From IMG/VR virus record IMGVR_UViG_3300032562_000003, positions 124,001 through 188,000 of that record: a stretch of 64,000 bases of DNA, one strand, 5' to 3'. The translations under genes and the position numbers were made by a program. The stretch's first letter is position 1. Each line of letters opens with the position of its first letter. Of the stretch, positions 35,156 through 50,100 are shown piece by piece. The notes below the pieces were generated by a model. The model was not told the origin of the DNA, did not search any database, and saw only the letters and a program-made list of their open reading frames with translations.

Positions 35156-38100
35156 ATGGCCCGAATTCGGACAATAACTTTTCTTCCTGAGATTTTTCAA
35201 ACCTCAACTAACGCGGAATTTTTGTCAGCGACCCTAGATCAGATCGTAAATCCACCGAATACGATGAAGATTCAAGGCTATGTAGGTAGCAAGTTTGGAT
35301 ATGGTGTAAATGCAACTGACAATTATGTAGTTGAACCAACAAAAACTCGGGTGAACTATCAGTTAGATCCGGGTGTAGTTTTTACTAAGCCAAACGAATC
35401 TGTAGCAAACGACTTTATCTCGTATCCAGGCATCATCGACTCTATTGCAATGCAAGATAGTATTACGGATAACAACAGTCGTCTATTCAAAAGTCAGTTT
35501 TATTCATGGGACTCCTTCACTAACCTCGACAAGCTCATTAACTTTAATGAATATTACTGGTTGCCAGTCGGGCCGCCGGCTGTTACTATCTCAGCAGCAA
35601 CCGTGTACTCTACTGAAAATTATGCAGTCACATCACTACCTAATGGATATGAAATTGCTCTAGTCGGACAACCTATCGGTAGCATCAATCCTACACTTGG
35701 ATTGATCCGCGGAGGAACCTATACTTTTGCTGTAAATCAATCGTCTCAGTTTTGGATTCAGACGGATCCGGGTACCTCAGGATATTCGCCATTCCAATCG
35801 AATCTTACTACTAGACAAGTATACGGAGTAGACAACAATGGCGCAAGTCAAGGTGTTGTTACGTTTACTGTTCCGCAAAAAAATGCACAAGATCAATATA
35901 TTTTTCCAGGTAACAACACTGTCGATCTAGTCAGCACTAAATTGTTTGACCAAGTAAATGGAGCAGTTTTAAAGACATTTACTGACACGGATGGCGTAAC
36001 ATATCAAGGACTTAATGACATTGATGGCGTGACTGCGCTTGAAGGGTTACGCATCATGTTCTATTATGATGGTATTCCGGCAGAGAAGGGAAACACAGAG
36101 ACCTTCTTGAGCGAGACACCGCTGGACATCAATAGTGATGTTCTCGTCGCACCAATCGTTATAAATGTAACTAGCTGTGATGCTTCTGCGTTTACTACAG
36201 ATAGTACCTCTCAATTAGTAGTCGGTCAAACTGTAACCTTTAACAACCCAACATTCGGTGGAGTTACTGCAGGGGAAGTCTATTATGTTCATAGTATTCC
36301 TACTTCAGGTACATTTACTATCGCGTTGACTCTAGATGCTTCGTCTCCGTTAACTTTGGTTCCTGGATCAGGTACTATGGTTGCCAATATCAATCAGGGT
36401 CTATATGAAGAAAGTGTCGCATCAACGGTGTTTGAATACTATTACTTGATTGAATACATCGGTGATCCAAAGAACCCAACTATTCGTTTAGTTCCAGATG
36501 GTACTATTCCTGTAAATCAAACAATTACTCCATTATATGGTACTCAATGGAACAATATACCATTTTATCGTTCACCTACCGGAGTAATTAATCCAATTCC
36601 TGTTATCACTGCTCCGTTAGATGTTCTATATTATCAAGACGGTACATCTGCTGATTCTGTCGGCGTGATTAAAATCATTGACAGCAATACTACAAATACT
36701 ATTAATGTTGTGACTGAAATCTTGGGTAACCCTAATTATACGTCATCTAGTGGAGTAGTATTTACTAATGGATTGAAAGTTAACTTTCAAGGTGACATTA
36801 TTCCTACAAGTTATTTACAGGGACAATACTATGTACAGGGTGTAGGAACTGCAATTGAGTTAGTTCCAGTAAGCTCTCTAGTCTGTACTGAAGATTTTAC
36901 ACATGGTAATTACATTCCATATGATTCTACACCATATGACATTAGCAATTACGATTCGGACCTTTTTATTCCAACAGATAAAGACTATATTACTATTGCT
37001 AGAAACGCAATCAATAAAAATGCTTGGTCCAGAAGCAATCGTTGGTTCCACATCGATGTCATCAACGCAACTGCAAAATACAATAACGACCCTAATATCG
37101 CAACTACTTACGCGACACAAGCAAACAAAGCAGTCCGCCCTATAATCGAGTTTTATCCTAATCTAAAATTATACAATTCGGGTTCTGTAGGCGCCGCAGG
37201 AATCGATTTTATCGATACCCATAACACTGATGCATTGTCAACAGTAGCAGGATCTTACAATTATTACCCAGATACAGAAGTACTTACTACAGCATCGGCG
37301 TCGGTTGTAGGAGTAACCGCCGCAACATCAACTACCTTTAGTGTAGACGCTGCTAACGTTTCGGGTACATTCCAAATTGGAATGTATGTTGCAGATTCTT
37401 CAAGCATTCTTCCTAATAATACACAAATTACCGACATTACTGGTACTACTACGCTAACTGTAACAGTTTCATGGCCCGGCGCAAAAAACATATCCTCTGC
37501 TTCAAACTTGTCTATTGTGGGTTCAGACACTACTTTAGATAACTATGCTTTGTTTCCGGAAGCAAGAATCGTATTTGCTGCTGACTCTAGCTCTACTGTA
37601 AGAAACAAAATCTATGTCGTAAACTTCTCGGTAATTGATCCTAATACTAGACCTGTAATTACACTCACGGTAGCAGAAGACGGAAATATTGTCCCTGATG
37701 AACAATTAGCAATTAAGCGTGGTTATTATCACCAAGGCACTAGTTACTATTATGATGGTATAAAGTGGATACAGGCACAACAAAAGGTTACGGTTAACCA
37801 ACCACCGCTGTTTGACGTTTTTGATGCCAACGGTATTTCTTTTGGGGATTCTTCGGTCTATCAAAGTACTTCGTTCAAGGGGTGTAAACTTTTCGCATAC
37901 AGTGTTGGTAGCGGAGTCAATGACCCTATATTAGGCTTTCCAATCGCATATTCTGGTATAGATAACGTAGGGGATATTAGTTTCGACGTATCACTGAATT
38001 TGGATACATTTAATTATGTGTCTGGATATAATCCTATTAATCAAAAGGTAAATACTGGCTACGTATATAATTATACATCAGGTACATCATATGTAAGACA

Positions 38101-41100
38101 GCTTGGTTGGCAAACCGCAATTGCTGATAGCACGCAATATCAATTATTCAGTTTTGACTTTGATCCTACAAATCCAACATTAAGTTTCCAGTGTGACGTT
38201 GCAGCATTGCCTGCTTTAGCAACGGGAGAAACTGGTTGGCCGAGAGTTAAGGTATACATCAACAATGTATATCAAGCACCAACATCATATGCTACGGTAG
38301 TTGGTACCAATACTACCACAATTACATTTAACAGTAGCAGTTCACTACCAACAACTAGCACGGTAGTTCAAGTATTAGTATTGAGTGATCAAGTAAGCCA
38401 AATCGGTTACTACGACATTCCTATTAATTTAAATAATAATCCATTAAATGCTGATTTAACTACAGCCAATGTTGGTGATATCCGTGCACAGTATAGAGAC
38501 ATTTTTATTAATTCACCAAACACGACAGGTGAAATTTTCGGCGCAAATAATTTTAGAGATTGCGGTAACTTAGTACCATATGGTACAGAGATAATTCAAA
38601 ACTCTGCGTCATTAGTACTGCCGGGAACCTTTTTCCGAAACACGCAGCACAACTTGTTTGACGCATTGATGTTTAACAGCCGTGAATATATAAAGTATAA
38701 ACAATTACTAGTATATACGGTACAAAACACAGATTACGTTCAGCGATACACTCCGTCGCAAATTCTGGATAGCGCACTAGACCAGATTACTGCTGCAAAG
38801 AGCGAAATCAACGCATTCTTTTGGTCGGACATGTTACCGTCAAAGGCTCCGTACCGCACCAACACGTACACGTTCAATAATCAACTGGATACTTCTGTTT
38901 ATCCATTAAGCAATGTTTATAATTTTGAAACTGCTAACTATAGCGGCGTTCTTGTTTATGTGTTGAGAACAGTCGCTGGTGTAGTAGTTGAACGACAACT
39001 TACTAGTGGCATAGATTATATAATAAGTCCGGATGCCCCTTCGCTCACTATCATTAGCCCGCTTGGTGATGGCGATAAGGTCATCATTAAAGAATACAAC
39101 CAAACATACGGCTCATATATTCCTAATACACCAACTAAGTTGGGACTATATCCTTCATTTTATCCAGAAGTAGTTTTGGATTCAGATTACACAGTTCCTA
39201 CTTACTTCATCAAAGGACATGACGGATCGTTCACTAAGTTATACGGTGACTATGACGAAACATTAGGAGTATTGATTGATTTCAGAGACCAGGCTCTGCT
39301 TGAGTTTGAACTAAGAATTTACAATAATTTAAAATTAAGCACAACTGTTCCTATCGAGCGATACGAAGTTGTACCTGGTTACTTCAGAAGTTCTACATCA
39401 ACATATTCATGGAATGAATTTATACAGATGTACGAACCTACGTTCTTGAACTGGATTGGTCAAAATCGTCTCGATTATAAGTCCCAGTACTATCAAAAGA
39501 ACAACGAGTTCAGTTATAACTATACAAATTCAGGTAATAAACTAGACCAAGCTGCTATTCAGCAAGGTTATTGGAGAGGGGTCTATGAATATTTCTATGA
39601 CACAACTACTCCAAACGAAACTCCATGGGAGATGTTAGGATTTGCTAATGAACCAACCTGGTGGGCTGATCGTTACGGACCTACTCCTTATACGAGCGAT
39701 AACGGTATTCTATGGGGTGATTTAGAAGCTGGTTATATTTGGAATAACGGTAATCCCTACACCGTACCTGAGTTAGCACGTCCTGGACTATCTAAAATTA
39801 TTCCGGTTGACTCCAACGGCGATTTGTTGTCTCCGCTAATCGCAATTGTAGGCAACTATAATCCAAGTACGTTCCAAAAAGATTGGGTAGTAGGAGATGA
39901 TGCACCTGTGGAGTTGAGCTATCGACGTAGTTCAACTTGGCCATTTGATTTAATGAGACTATTTGCACTGACTAGACCAGCTGAATTTTTCAATTTGGCC
40001 GTCGACCTTGACAATTACAAATACAATGCTGAATTTAATCAATATTTGGTTAATGACAGAAGCCATTTAGTTCCTGCAAATATTGAAATTTATGGTAATG
40101 GTACTGCAAAAACCAGCTACATTAACTGGATTGTAGATTATGAAAAGCAACAAGGGGTTGACGCAACTACTAACATTACAACCCTTTTGAATAACCTTGA
40201 TGTTCGTCTGGTTTATCGTCTTGCTGGATACAGTGACAAAACATTGCTTCAATTCTATGTGGAAAAGGGTTCGCCTAATAGCAATAACGCAACACTATTG
40301 ATTCCTAACGAAAGTTATTCAGTGTTGTTATATGACAATCAGCCCTTCGATCAGATTATGTTCAGTGGCGTGGTCATTCAGAAAAATCAAGGCTATTGGA
40401 CTGTATACGGTAATTCACAAACATTTGCATACTTTAAAACACTAAAACCTATCAATAACGGTACATACGGTAGTGTTGACGTTTTAGGTACTACAGTTAA
40501 GTATGCTAAAAACTATACTGATCAAGTAGTTCTTGTTCCATACGGTACCAAATTCTACAGCACTCAGGGAGTAGTTCAATTCCTAATGAGCTATGGTGCC
40601 GAACTTGAAAGCCAGGGCATGTTGTTCAATGAAGTTGAACAAGGAATTGAAGTCACTTGGGCACAGATGGCAGCAGAATTCTTGTATTGGTCAATGTCCG
40701 GATGGGAAGTAGGAAGTCTGATAACACTAAATCCGTCTGCTACTGCAATAAACATTGATAGACCAAGCGCGATAGTTCAGCCGCTTACGGTTCAGCAAAC
40801 TAACTTTATACTAAATCAAAATCTCTATCCGATACAACTAAATGATCTTTGCGTTGAACGTGACGATACATTATTCCATGCGCACACCTTGAATCAGGGT
40901 GATTCTATGTCTTATGCTCAATTTAACGTAAGTAATTTCGAGCATGGTATCGTATTCGATAATGTCACTTTGTTTAATGATATTATCTATAATCTAACTA
41001 CTGGACTAAGACAAAACCGCATCTACGCTCGCGGGGTCAAGACTGCTGATTGGAACGGAACCGTAAACGCCTGGGGCTTCATTTTAAATCAAGACAACGT

Positions 41101-44100
41101 ATTAGAATGGAATGGTAATCTAAAGTATACTAAAGGTGTTATCGTACAATATAAGAATAAGTATTGGACTGCACTTAAAGTAATAGAACCATCCGCGACA
41201 TTCAACGAGCAAGATTGGAAGCTCGTGAATTACAATGACATTCAAAAAGGAATGTTATCAAACGCTTCTACTCGTGCATACGAAAGCACACTATACTATG
41301 ATGTTTACCAAGCAAATCTTGAACAAGATGCCGACTTGCTTGCGTTCTCACTTATTGGATATAGACCACGCGACTATCTTGCTCTGGTAGACCTTACAGA
41401 TTCTACTCAAGTTCAAGTCTATCAAAATTTGATCAAGAACAAGGGAACCCGCAATGCAGTAGATGCATTCCAAGGTGCTACTTTCCCACAAGGTAGTATA
41501 TCTTATGATTTCTACGAAAACTGGTCTATTTTAACTAAACAATATGGTGGAGTGCTGAATGAAAACTTCGTTGACTTCAGAATAAACCAAACAAATCTTA
41601 TGGGTAATCCATCAATTGTTAGTTTGACAAATGGAGTATACACGGTTGGTTCAGACCAAGAAGTTCCACTATACAATTTATTCAATTATAACACACCACC
41701 AGCATCACCGAATGTATTGTCAACACTAGACACTACGGTTAATTCACAACTGTACCCATCCGCCGGATACATCAACGTAAATGATGTTAAGATGTCATCA
41801 TATTTCTTCTCTGGATTGCCTTCTGCGGTTGACAGTACCGGTGCAGTTGTTCCTATTAATAATTTCTACGTAGGTGAATATTTTTGGTTAGCTAACTTTA
41901 AAAATAAATGGGACGTATTTAGATGGACCAATATTGGTCAAGTAATTCAAGTTAGAAATAATACTAACGGAACAGCAACCATAACGTTCAGTTCTCCGCA
42001 TTCTCTCAATAAGCTAGATCCGATGGCCATCATTAACTTCGCGCAGAATGTTGATGGATATTATATAGTCGCTGATGTTCTAAATCTTTATGAAGTTGTA
42101 ATAAATCTATCTGCACTAAATGCAAATCAAAATTCAATTCAAGGCAGAGGGTTAGCCTTTGGGTTCGTGTCGCAACGAGTAGCATCACCTGCAGGAATAA
42201 TTCCGTTAGCATCTGCTGAAAACGAATTTATCAAAAACACTGTTTGGGTAGACGAAAACACTGACGGCAACTGGGCAGTCTATCGCAAGAGTTTAAATTA
42301 TGCTTATCAGAACCAATTTGAACAGGCCGATGGCGGCACATTTGGTTCTGCTGTCGCATATACATCTGATATGGGTTACCTGATAGGTGATTCCGGCACA
42401 GGGATTTTGTATAGATACATATACGACAGTTTAGCTCAAGCGTACCTTCTGAAGGAAAACAAGACCGGCGGAACATCGTTTGGTTCAACAATAAAGTACG
42501 CCCAAAATCTATATGCAGTATCTCAACCTTCTGGCGTATCGCCAGCAGTAACGTTGTACACCTTAAATCATACGGTTGTTACTGATCGTATGTTAACATA
42601 CCAAACCATAGCCGCGCCCGGAGGAGTAACCGACTGGGGCAGTGCATTAGCTATTTCGGGTGACACTAATTGGCTTTACATCTCTGATGCGCAAAACAAC
42701 AATGTATATGTATATCGCAAGCAAAATATTCCTCTAATTGCAGGATACTTTGTGACCGGTGAAACATATGTTATCACGTCATTGGGTAGTACAGACTTCA
42801 CTGCTATCGGTGCAGTAGACAACAAAGTAGGTATTACTTTTGTTGCAACTGGCGCCGGCGCCGGCACCGGTACTGCGACCCAGATTACATACAAGCAATC
42901 CACTATCATAAGCGGGTCATCTTTGTTCAGTCTAGGGGCCGGTGACGGATTCGGGACTGCGCTTGCAACATCATATGACGGTAGCACTCTAGCGGTAACC
43001 GCACCGTTTATCGACTATAGCCCAACGATAACAAATTGGGGTACAACATTTGTGCTACAACGCACGATGCAAAATTTTGAAGCAAAACAAAATTCGCTCC
43101 CTGAGCAGACAACTTCTTTCTCATTGTCTTGGACTCCAGCTGCTGGCGCCACTATAACAGCAAGTGCAACCTCTTCGGTAACAAATAGAATTACTTGCAG
43201 CGGATCAATGACTGGATTCCAAATCAATCAACCAGTAGTATTTGCAGGTAGCAATTTTGGTTCAAGCAATGTTTCACCTAATCAAGTCTACTACATTCAC
43301 GGTATTTCGGGTAGCGAAATATCAATAAAAACATCACGATCAAGCACCACTCCTGTAAATCTAACTACTGCGGCTGGTCTATCGTTCTCTGTTTATGTAC
43401 AAGTTGATCCTCTTTATGTGTATCTCAACGGTAAATTGGTTACTGATGACAATTACGCAGTAATTGGTACATCGTTTATCTATTACAGTTCATTGATTGC
43501 AGGTGACATTTTAACTGTGAGCGACAATCAATACTTCCCTGCGCAACAAATCAATTCTGATTATATTGACAGAACAGATATTGAATTTGGTTATGCGGTT
43601 GATATGTACAAAACCGGGTCAACACTTCTAATTGGTTCACCGTACGAAGTTGATGCAAATGATGTCGAAGGTGCAGTATACTCTTATGTTAACGGTGGCG
43701 CCGAATATGGCGTAGTGATCGGAACGAATGAATGTAACGTAACTACCAACCGCACGTTGTTGATCAATGGATTCGCAGTAAATCTCTCTGCTGGAAACGC
43801 ACAATCAGTTGCGAACACGATCAATTCTAGTAAGATTATCAATGTACAAGCAGCAGCGACTAGTGATAATAAATTGATTATTCAAGTAATCAATCAAAAT
43901 ATCGCTCAGATTAATCAAAAGTTAACTGTGTATGCATATGATAGTGGTACTACGCTTTCTGAACTCGGTATAAACCTGTACACTAAAACTCAGATTATTC
44001 AGTCTCCTCACGAGCAAGGTGCATCTAGATTCGGGTCTGCAATCAAGATCAATGAATTCGATAGCGTTATAATTTCGGCTCCGGTAGGAACACGATATGA

Positions 44101-47100
44101 AGGCACCTTCTTTGACTTTACTGATGACGAGAATTTAGACAATGATACGGTCTTCGATAACAATGCAACTCAATTCGTAGATTCCTACGTTAATGCAGGC
44201 GCAGTTTACATGTTCGACTATATTGGTCTATACAATGAGAGTCTAGCAAATCCGGGCGCATACGTATATGCACAGAGCGTAAACAGCAAAAACATTCCAT
44301 ATGGTCAACAGCCTCTTTATGGAACAGCGATTGATTTTAATGAAAATGTCGTAGTTGTAGGTAGTCCTAATTTCTATCCAGTAGCCGTTGGCGGACAAGT
44401 AGTAGTTTACAACAATGCAACTGGTGTTTCTGACTGGTCAGTATACAGAAATTCTGCACCTATCGTTGATATCAGTAAAATTCAAAATACTCAAATTTTC
44501 AGTGCTTCTACTAATCAAACGCTAATCAATTTGGATTATATGGATCCTTTACAAGGTAAACTGCTGGGCGCAGCAAGAGAAAACCTAGACTTTGTTTCTG
44601 GAACTGATCCGGCACGATATAACAGTGATCTATCAACCATCATCGGTTCGGTCTGGGGTGCAGAGCACGTTGGTCAACTATGGTTCAACACAAACAATGT
44701 TCGTTGGATGAATTATCATCAGAATGATAATGTTTATAATAGCAAATATTGGGGTGCAGTATTTCCGGGCTCAGATGTTGCAGTTTACACTTGGGTAGCA
44801 AGCTTTGTTCCGCCCAATTCATATCCAGGCCCCGGCGCAGTTTATAACCCTAATCTATATGTAGTGAGCACGGTATTAAATGCATCAAATAATGCAGTCC
44901 CTGTATATTACTTCTGGGTTAGCAATACTAATATAATATTTGAACAGACCGGTAAAACATTATCCGATTCGGTTGTTGCATCTTATATTTCAAATCCAAA
45001 AGGATCCGGTATTGCATATATGGCACCGCTGCTACCTAATACATTTGCATTATATAACTCAGTAGATTACTTTAATGCGAATGACAGTGTTTTCCATATT
45101 GGATTTGCAAATGGAACAACAGATGACGTTGCTCACCAAGAGTACGCATTGATTCGTGAGAATTATCAGGATGACTTCTTGCCAGGTCTACCTCACGGCG
45201 GAACTTCGGCGCACACATTAGCAATTCAAGGCGGATATACTATTTCTGAAACAGACGTACCGTATTCATTGTACGCAAAACTTCTAGACTCTTTGGCAGG
45301 CTGCGACGGCGCAGGAGCAGTTGTCCCTAACCCATGGTTACCACTAGCTGTTCAGTCGGGAATTCGAAGCCGCCCAAACCAAAGTTTCTTCTATGATAGA
45401 TACCTTGCAATTAACAACTACTTGACGTATGCAAATACTGTTCTAGCACAATATCCTATTGCAGAAATTAGACCAGACGCAACATTCTTGTTCCAATCCG
45501 GTACATACTTCAATACTGCTGATTATTGGTCATACGTCAATTGGTGGGCAACAGGATATAGCGATAGCACCAAATCTTCGCTTCAAGTGCCAAACTATGC
45601 AGATTTGGCAGCGTTAAATGTTGCAGTCAACACTATCGTAACAGTAGAACAAAACGGCGCAGGTAAGTTTGAAGTATATCGATATGATGGTTACGGTGTT
45701 TGGACACGTATCGGTCTTCAAAACGGTACTATTGCATTCGATACTAGCCTCTGGGATTACTCCTCAGCTAAGATTGGTTATGGTGATAATTTCTTTGATA
45801 CAACACCTTATGATCAATATCCAAGCGAAGAAACTCGATATATCGTCCGCGCATTAACTGAGCAAATTTATATCAGCGACTTGCTAATATATCGAAACAC
45901 GAGCCTAATTCTGTTGTTCGACTACATCCAGAGCGAGACTACTCAATCTCAAAATTTCTTGCCTTGGTTGAATAAGACGTCCTTGGCTGATGTATCGCAT
46001 ACTATTCGTGAGCTAATACCATATGAAGTTTATCAAACAGATAATACTGCATTCCTGTCAGGATACATCAATGAAGTAAAACCTTATCACGTTGTAATCA
46101 AGGATTTCGTGTTTAAATATACCGGAACTGACGTATATCAAGGTAACATCACAGACTTTGACCTGCCTGCAACTTACAATTCGTCGTACCAGCAGTATAT
46201 TTCACCTCAGTTAGTGTATAGTAATCCTAACAGTCAGTATGAATATCTTCCTACTGACAGCATTTGGTCTACGGCTCCGTATACACAATGGTTCCAAAAT
46301 CACGGTGTATCTATTACAGGTCAACCAAACTATAACATCACAGTAACTACTTCCTATGTGAGCACAAGCTCAACCTACATCGTAGTTGACAATGCACACG
46401 GTTTCCCAATTAACGGTACCATTAATATCGGAAATGAAATCATCGGATATTCATTTGTAGATAGAGCATTGAATGTACTAAGTGGATTGGTTAGAGGTGT
46501 AAACGGAACTCCTATTGAAAATCATATAACCGGCGCCCAAATTTATATTGATTTACCAGCTGCATTGGTACTATTCGGAGGCCGCGGCTACGTTGAACCA
46601 CCTAAGGTTACTGCATATATCGATACAAGTATATATCCTGCACCGAAAACTCCGGCAGTTCTAGAAGCAGTAATGAACCTCGATTCTGTGTTACAGATCA
46701 ATGTAATTGATCCTGGCGAAGGATACGCAGTTCTTCCTGAAATTGTTATTGATCCGGCAGAAGTAATTGCGTTTGACAATACCGCAGTTAACGGAACGTT
46801 TCACACTATTAGACTTTATGCTCCTAATCTACAGACTGGTGACGCCGTTCTATATAAATCCGGAATAACAGCATCAGTGGGTGCATTGGCAAACAATCAA
46901 TGGTACTACATTAATGTATTAGAGACAGTTCCTACAGCTATCATTGCTCTCTACACAACCTATAGTGATGCGATAAATGATAAAGCTAGAGTTAAAATTT
47001 ACCCAATTGGAATTGGAAGTGATATGACTCTAAGTTCAGGCGCGAGAGCATCCGCTATCACGACGGCATTGCCGATTAGAGAAAACAATACTACAATACG

Positions 47101-50100
47101 TTTTGACAGAACTACATATGGTTCTCAGGTACAAGATTGGGAGGCTGGCGCATATTACGGATCGTTCTTTGCTGGTACGCTAGACAACAGTAGCACAACT
47201 TCAAGCTCATCCATTGGATTAGAAAGCACTGAACCACCAATCGACAGTATTTTGGCTAGTGCCCAAGGCGCAGTATTTGAAATTACCGACATAAGCAACG
47301 ATCAGCAGCTTACCTGGTCTTCATTTATAAGATATGTATCCGGAACAACAGCAAGCAATCATTCTATTACTCTGATTCCACAAGATAACGGAGGAGGACA
47401 ACCAAACGCATCTGGTACTACCATCGGTTTCTATATTGGTATGCCGGTCAAATTCCAGTCGACCTTGTCGTTTGGTGGACTAGTGTCCAATCAAATATAC
47501 TATGTGAATACTATTCTTAGTGAAACTGAATTTACAGTGTCAACTACCGTCGGTGGTCCAATATTTGGTGTAACTGACTCTGTGGTAGGTGTCTACACAA
47601 TGGAATGTTTTGTTGGTGAGGTAACTAATACTGCGGTAATGTCTATTAATTATCCTGGCATTCTACAAGTTACTGCCACCACAGCAACAACTAATGCATT
47701 GACTGTTCCAACTAGTTTGGTTGGTACCGGTGGAACTTTAGGTTTCTATACCAACTTACCGGTCTTCTTCACTGAAGATGTATTCGGTGGAATTGTAGCT
47801 AATAAAACATACTACGTTACAAGTGTGATAGATAATCAAACATTTACTATGTCTGCGACTACCAATCCAGTATCTACCACTGCATATTCTGTCGATGGTT
47901 CTACCGATAGAGTCGCAGTAAATGATGGCACTAACTTTAACATCAATGATATTGTGGTCTTTACTGATATGGTTATTGCAGGAACAAGCACTACTAATTT
48001 CGGTGGCTTAGTAGCTGGTACATTCTATTATGTCAGTGGAGTTTATCTCTCAAGTAAAGAAATAACTCTCTCTGCTACAAAGAACGGAGCAGTATTAAAT
48101 CTTACTACAGTTGTTGCTGCTTCTGATACCAGTGCAATAATGACAAATCAAAAGGACACGGTTGCACTAACAACTGCGGTTGGTTCAGCAACTATGAATG
48201 TGTCTTTACCAATAAGCCCTGGACAAATTAACGGACAACTGTTTACCATTTATGAAACTTCGGGCCAATACCCTAATAATATTGTATCCGCAGGTGAAGT
48301 TTCTTCGCTTATATCTCGCAGCATTAACGCAACGATTTCAGCAGTTAATAGAATTGCAGTCAGTGCTTCACTGGGTGGAACAGATTTCTTCTACAAGAAT
48401 ATGCCTATTAGAGTTACTACTAACATAGGTAACCTAGTAGCGGGTACAACATACTATATTAGAGAGTACACTGGCGACGGCACAAACACTGTAATTGAAG
48501 TAACTGTAACTAATACATCAAGTTCTGGTAATGTACTAAGTTGCGGTTCAACTGCTTCTCTGTATATAGGAATGCCAATAGTATTTTCGGGACAATCGTT
48601 GGGTGGTATCTTTGTAACAGAGACGTACTATATTCAGGATATTCCTAGTAGTACAACGTTCACCTTGTCTCTGACCGTCAGCGGCCCGGCAATTACGTTG
48701 ACAAATGATAATGGAGTCATGACCGGCGCTGGTGATCCATTCTTTACGGTTTCTACTACAGTTAATGGCAGCGAGTTTGCACTGTCATCTGATCACACTA
48801 CGGTATCAACTGCAACACAATATGTAACTGGTTATACTACATTCGATTTGTCATACAAGTTAGGTGGGTACAGTGCAGTTCCAACAAATGCAGGATCCGG
48901 ATTTGCAGTCAATAATATAATTACTATTCCGGGTACAGCAGTCGGAGGAACGTCACCGGCTAATGATATTACTCTTGAAGTCAATTCGGTTGATGCATTA
49001 GGTGGAATCATTAATGTTATTGCATCGGGTAATGTACCATCTACATCTACTAAGTACTACCTAAAAGTTATCTCATCAAATCAATTAGAAGTCTACAGCA
49101 ATCCTCTGTTAACTGTTCCAGTAAGCGGTATCAACTTCCCATTCAATGGGTATACCACTACTACAGTTCAGAGTGTATCATCAAATATAATCACAGTTAA
49201 TAGTACAACTGGATTCAATGTGAATGATGCAGTAGTGTTTACTGGAAATGTGTCCGCCGGCATTGTTGCAGGGCAAACGTATTACATTGTAAATAATGTA
49301 AACTTCACATCCAACACCTTACAGATAAGCAGCACCCCTGGCGGAACAGCTATCACCTTGTCTAATGCATCTAGTTTGTCATATACTATGGCCAAATCAG
49401 GTAGTTATGCGTTCTTACCTGAACCATTCTACTTTAATCAATCGATTGTGAAATTCAACAATAAAGTCTATATCTGTGTCATATCTAACAACGATAAAGA
49501 ATTTGTTATAGGCAAGTGGGAGGAATTGGATTCAGGTGATCGTAGACTTAATGCGATGGACAGAGTTATGGGTTACTATAAACCAACTGTCAATATGCCT
49601 GGTGTGGATCTAACTCAGCTATTCGATGGGGTAACTTATCCGAATTCAATATACCTGGGTAATGCATTCCAACCTAATCAACAATTTGCGTTAGATGTGG
49701 TTGTACAAGATCAGCCATTCTATCCATCACAAGTCAACATTACTGCGGTAGAGTACCATAACAATGTATACCATGCAGTTGCCAACTTACCTACATATTC
49801 TGCACTTCTTACTAGTGCCGATGGTATAACATGGGCTATAACTCAACTAGCAAATACTGATATAAATGTAACTAATATTGTATACAACAATGGTACTTAC
49901 TTAATTTCCGCCGCTAACAATGCAACTCCTATTCTTACTAGTGTGGATGGTCTAGTTTGGACAGTAGCAAATACTACTGAACATTCCTCGCAAGCGGCTG
50001 CATACGGTAATGGTTGCTGGATATCAGTAGGAGACAATATCGTTCGTAGTACCGATGCAATAACATGGAATACAGTACACACGTTTGATTCTATTTTTGA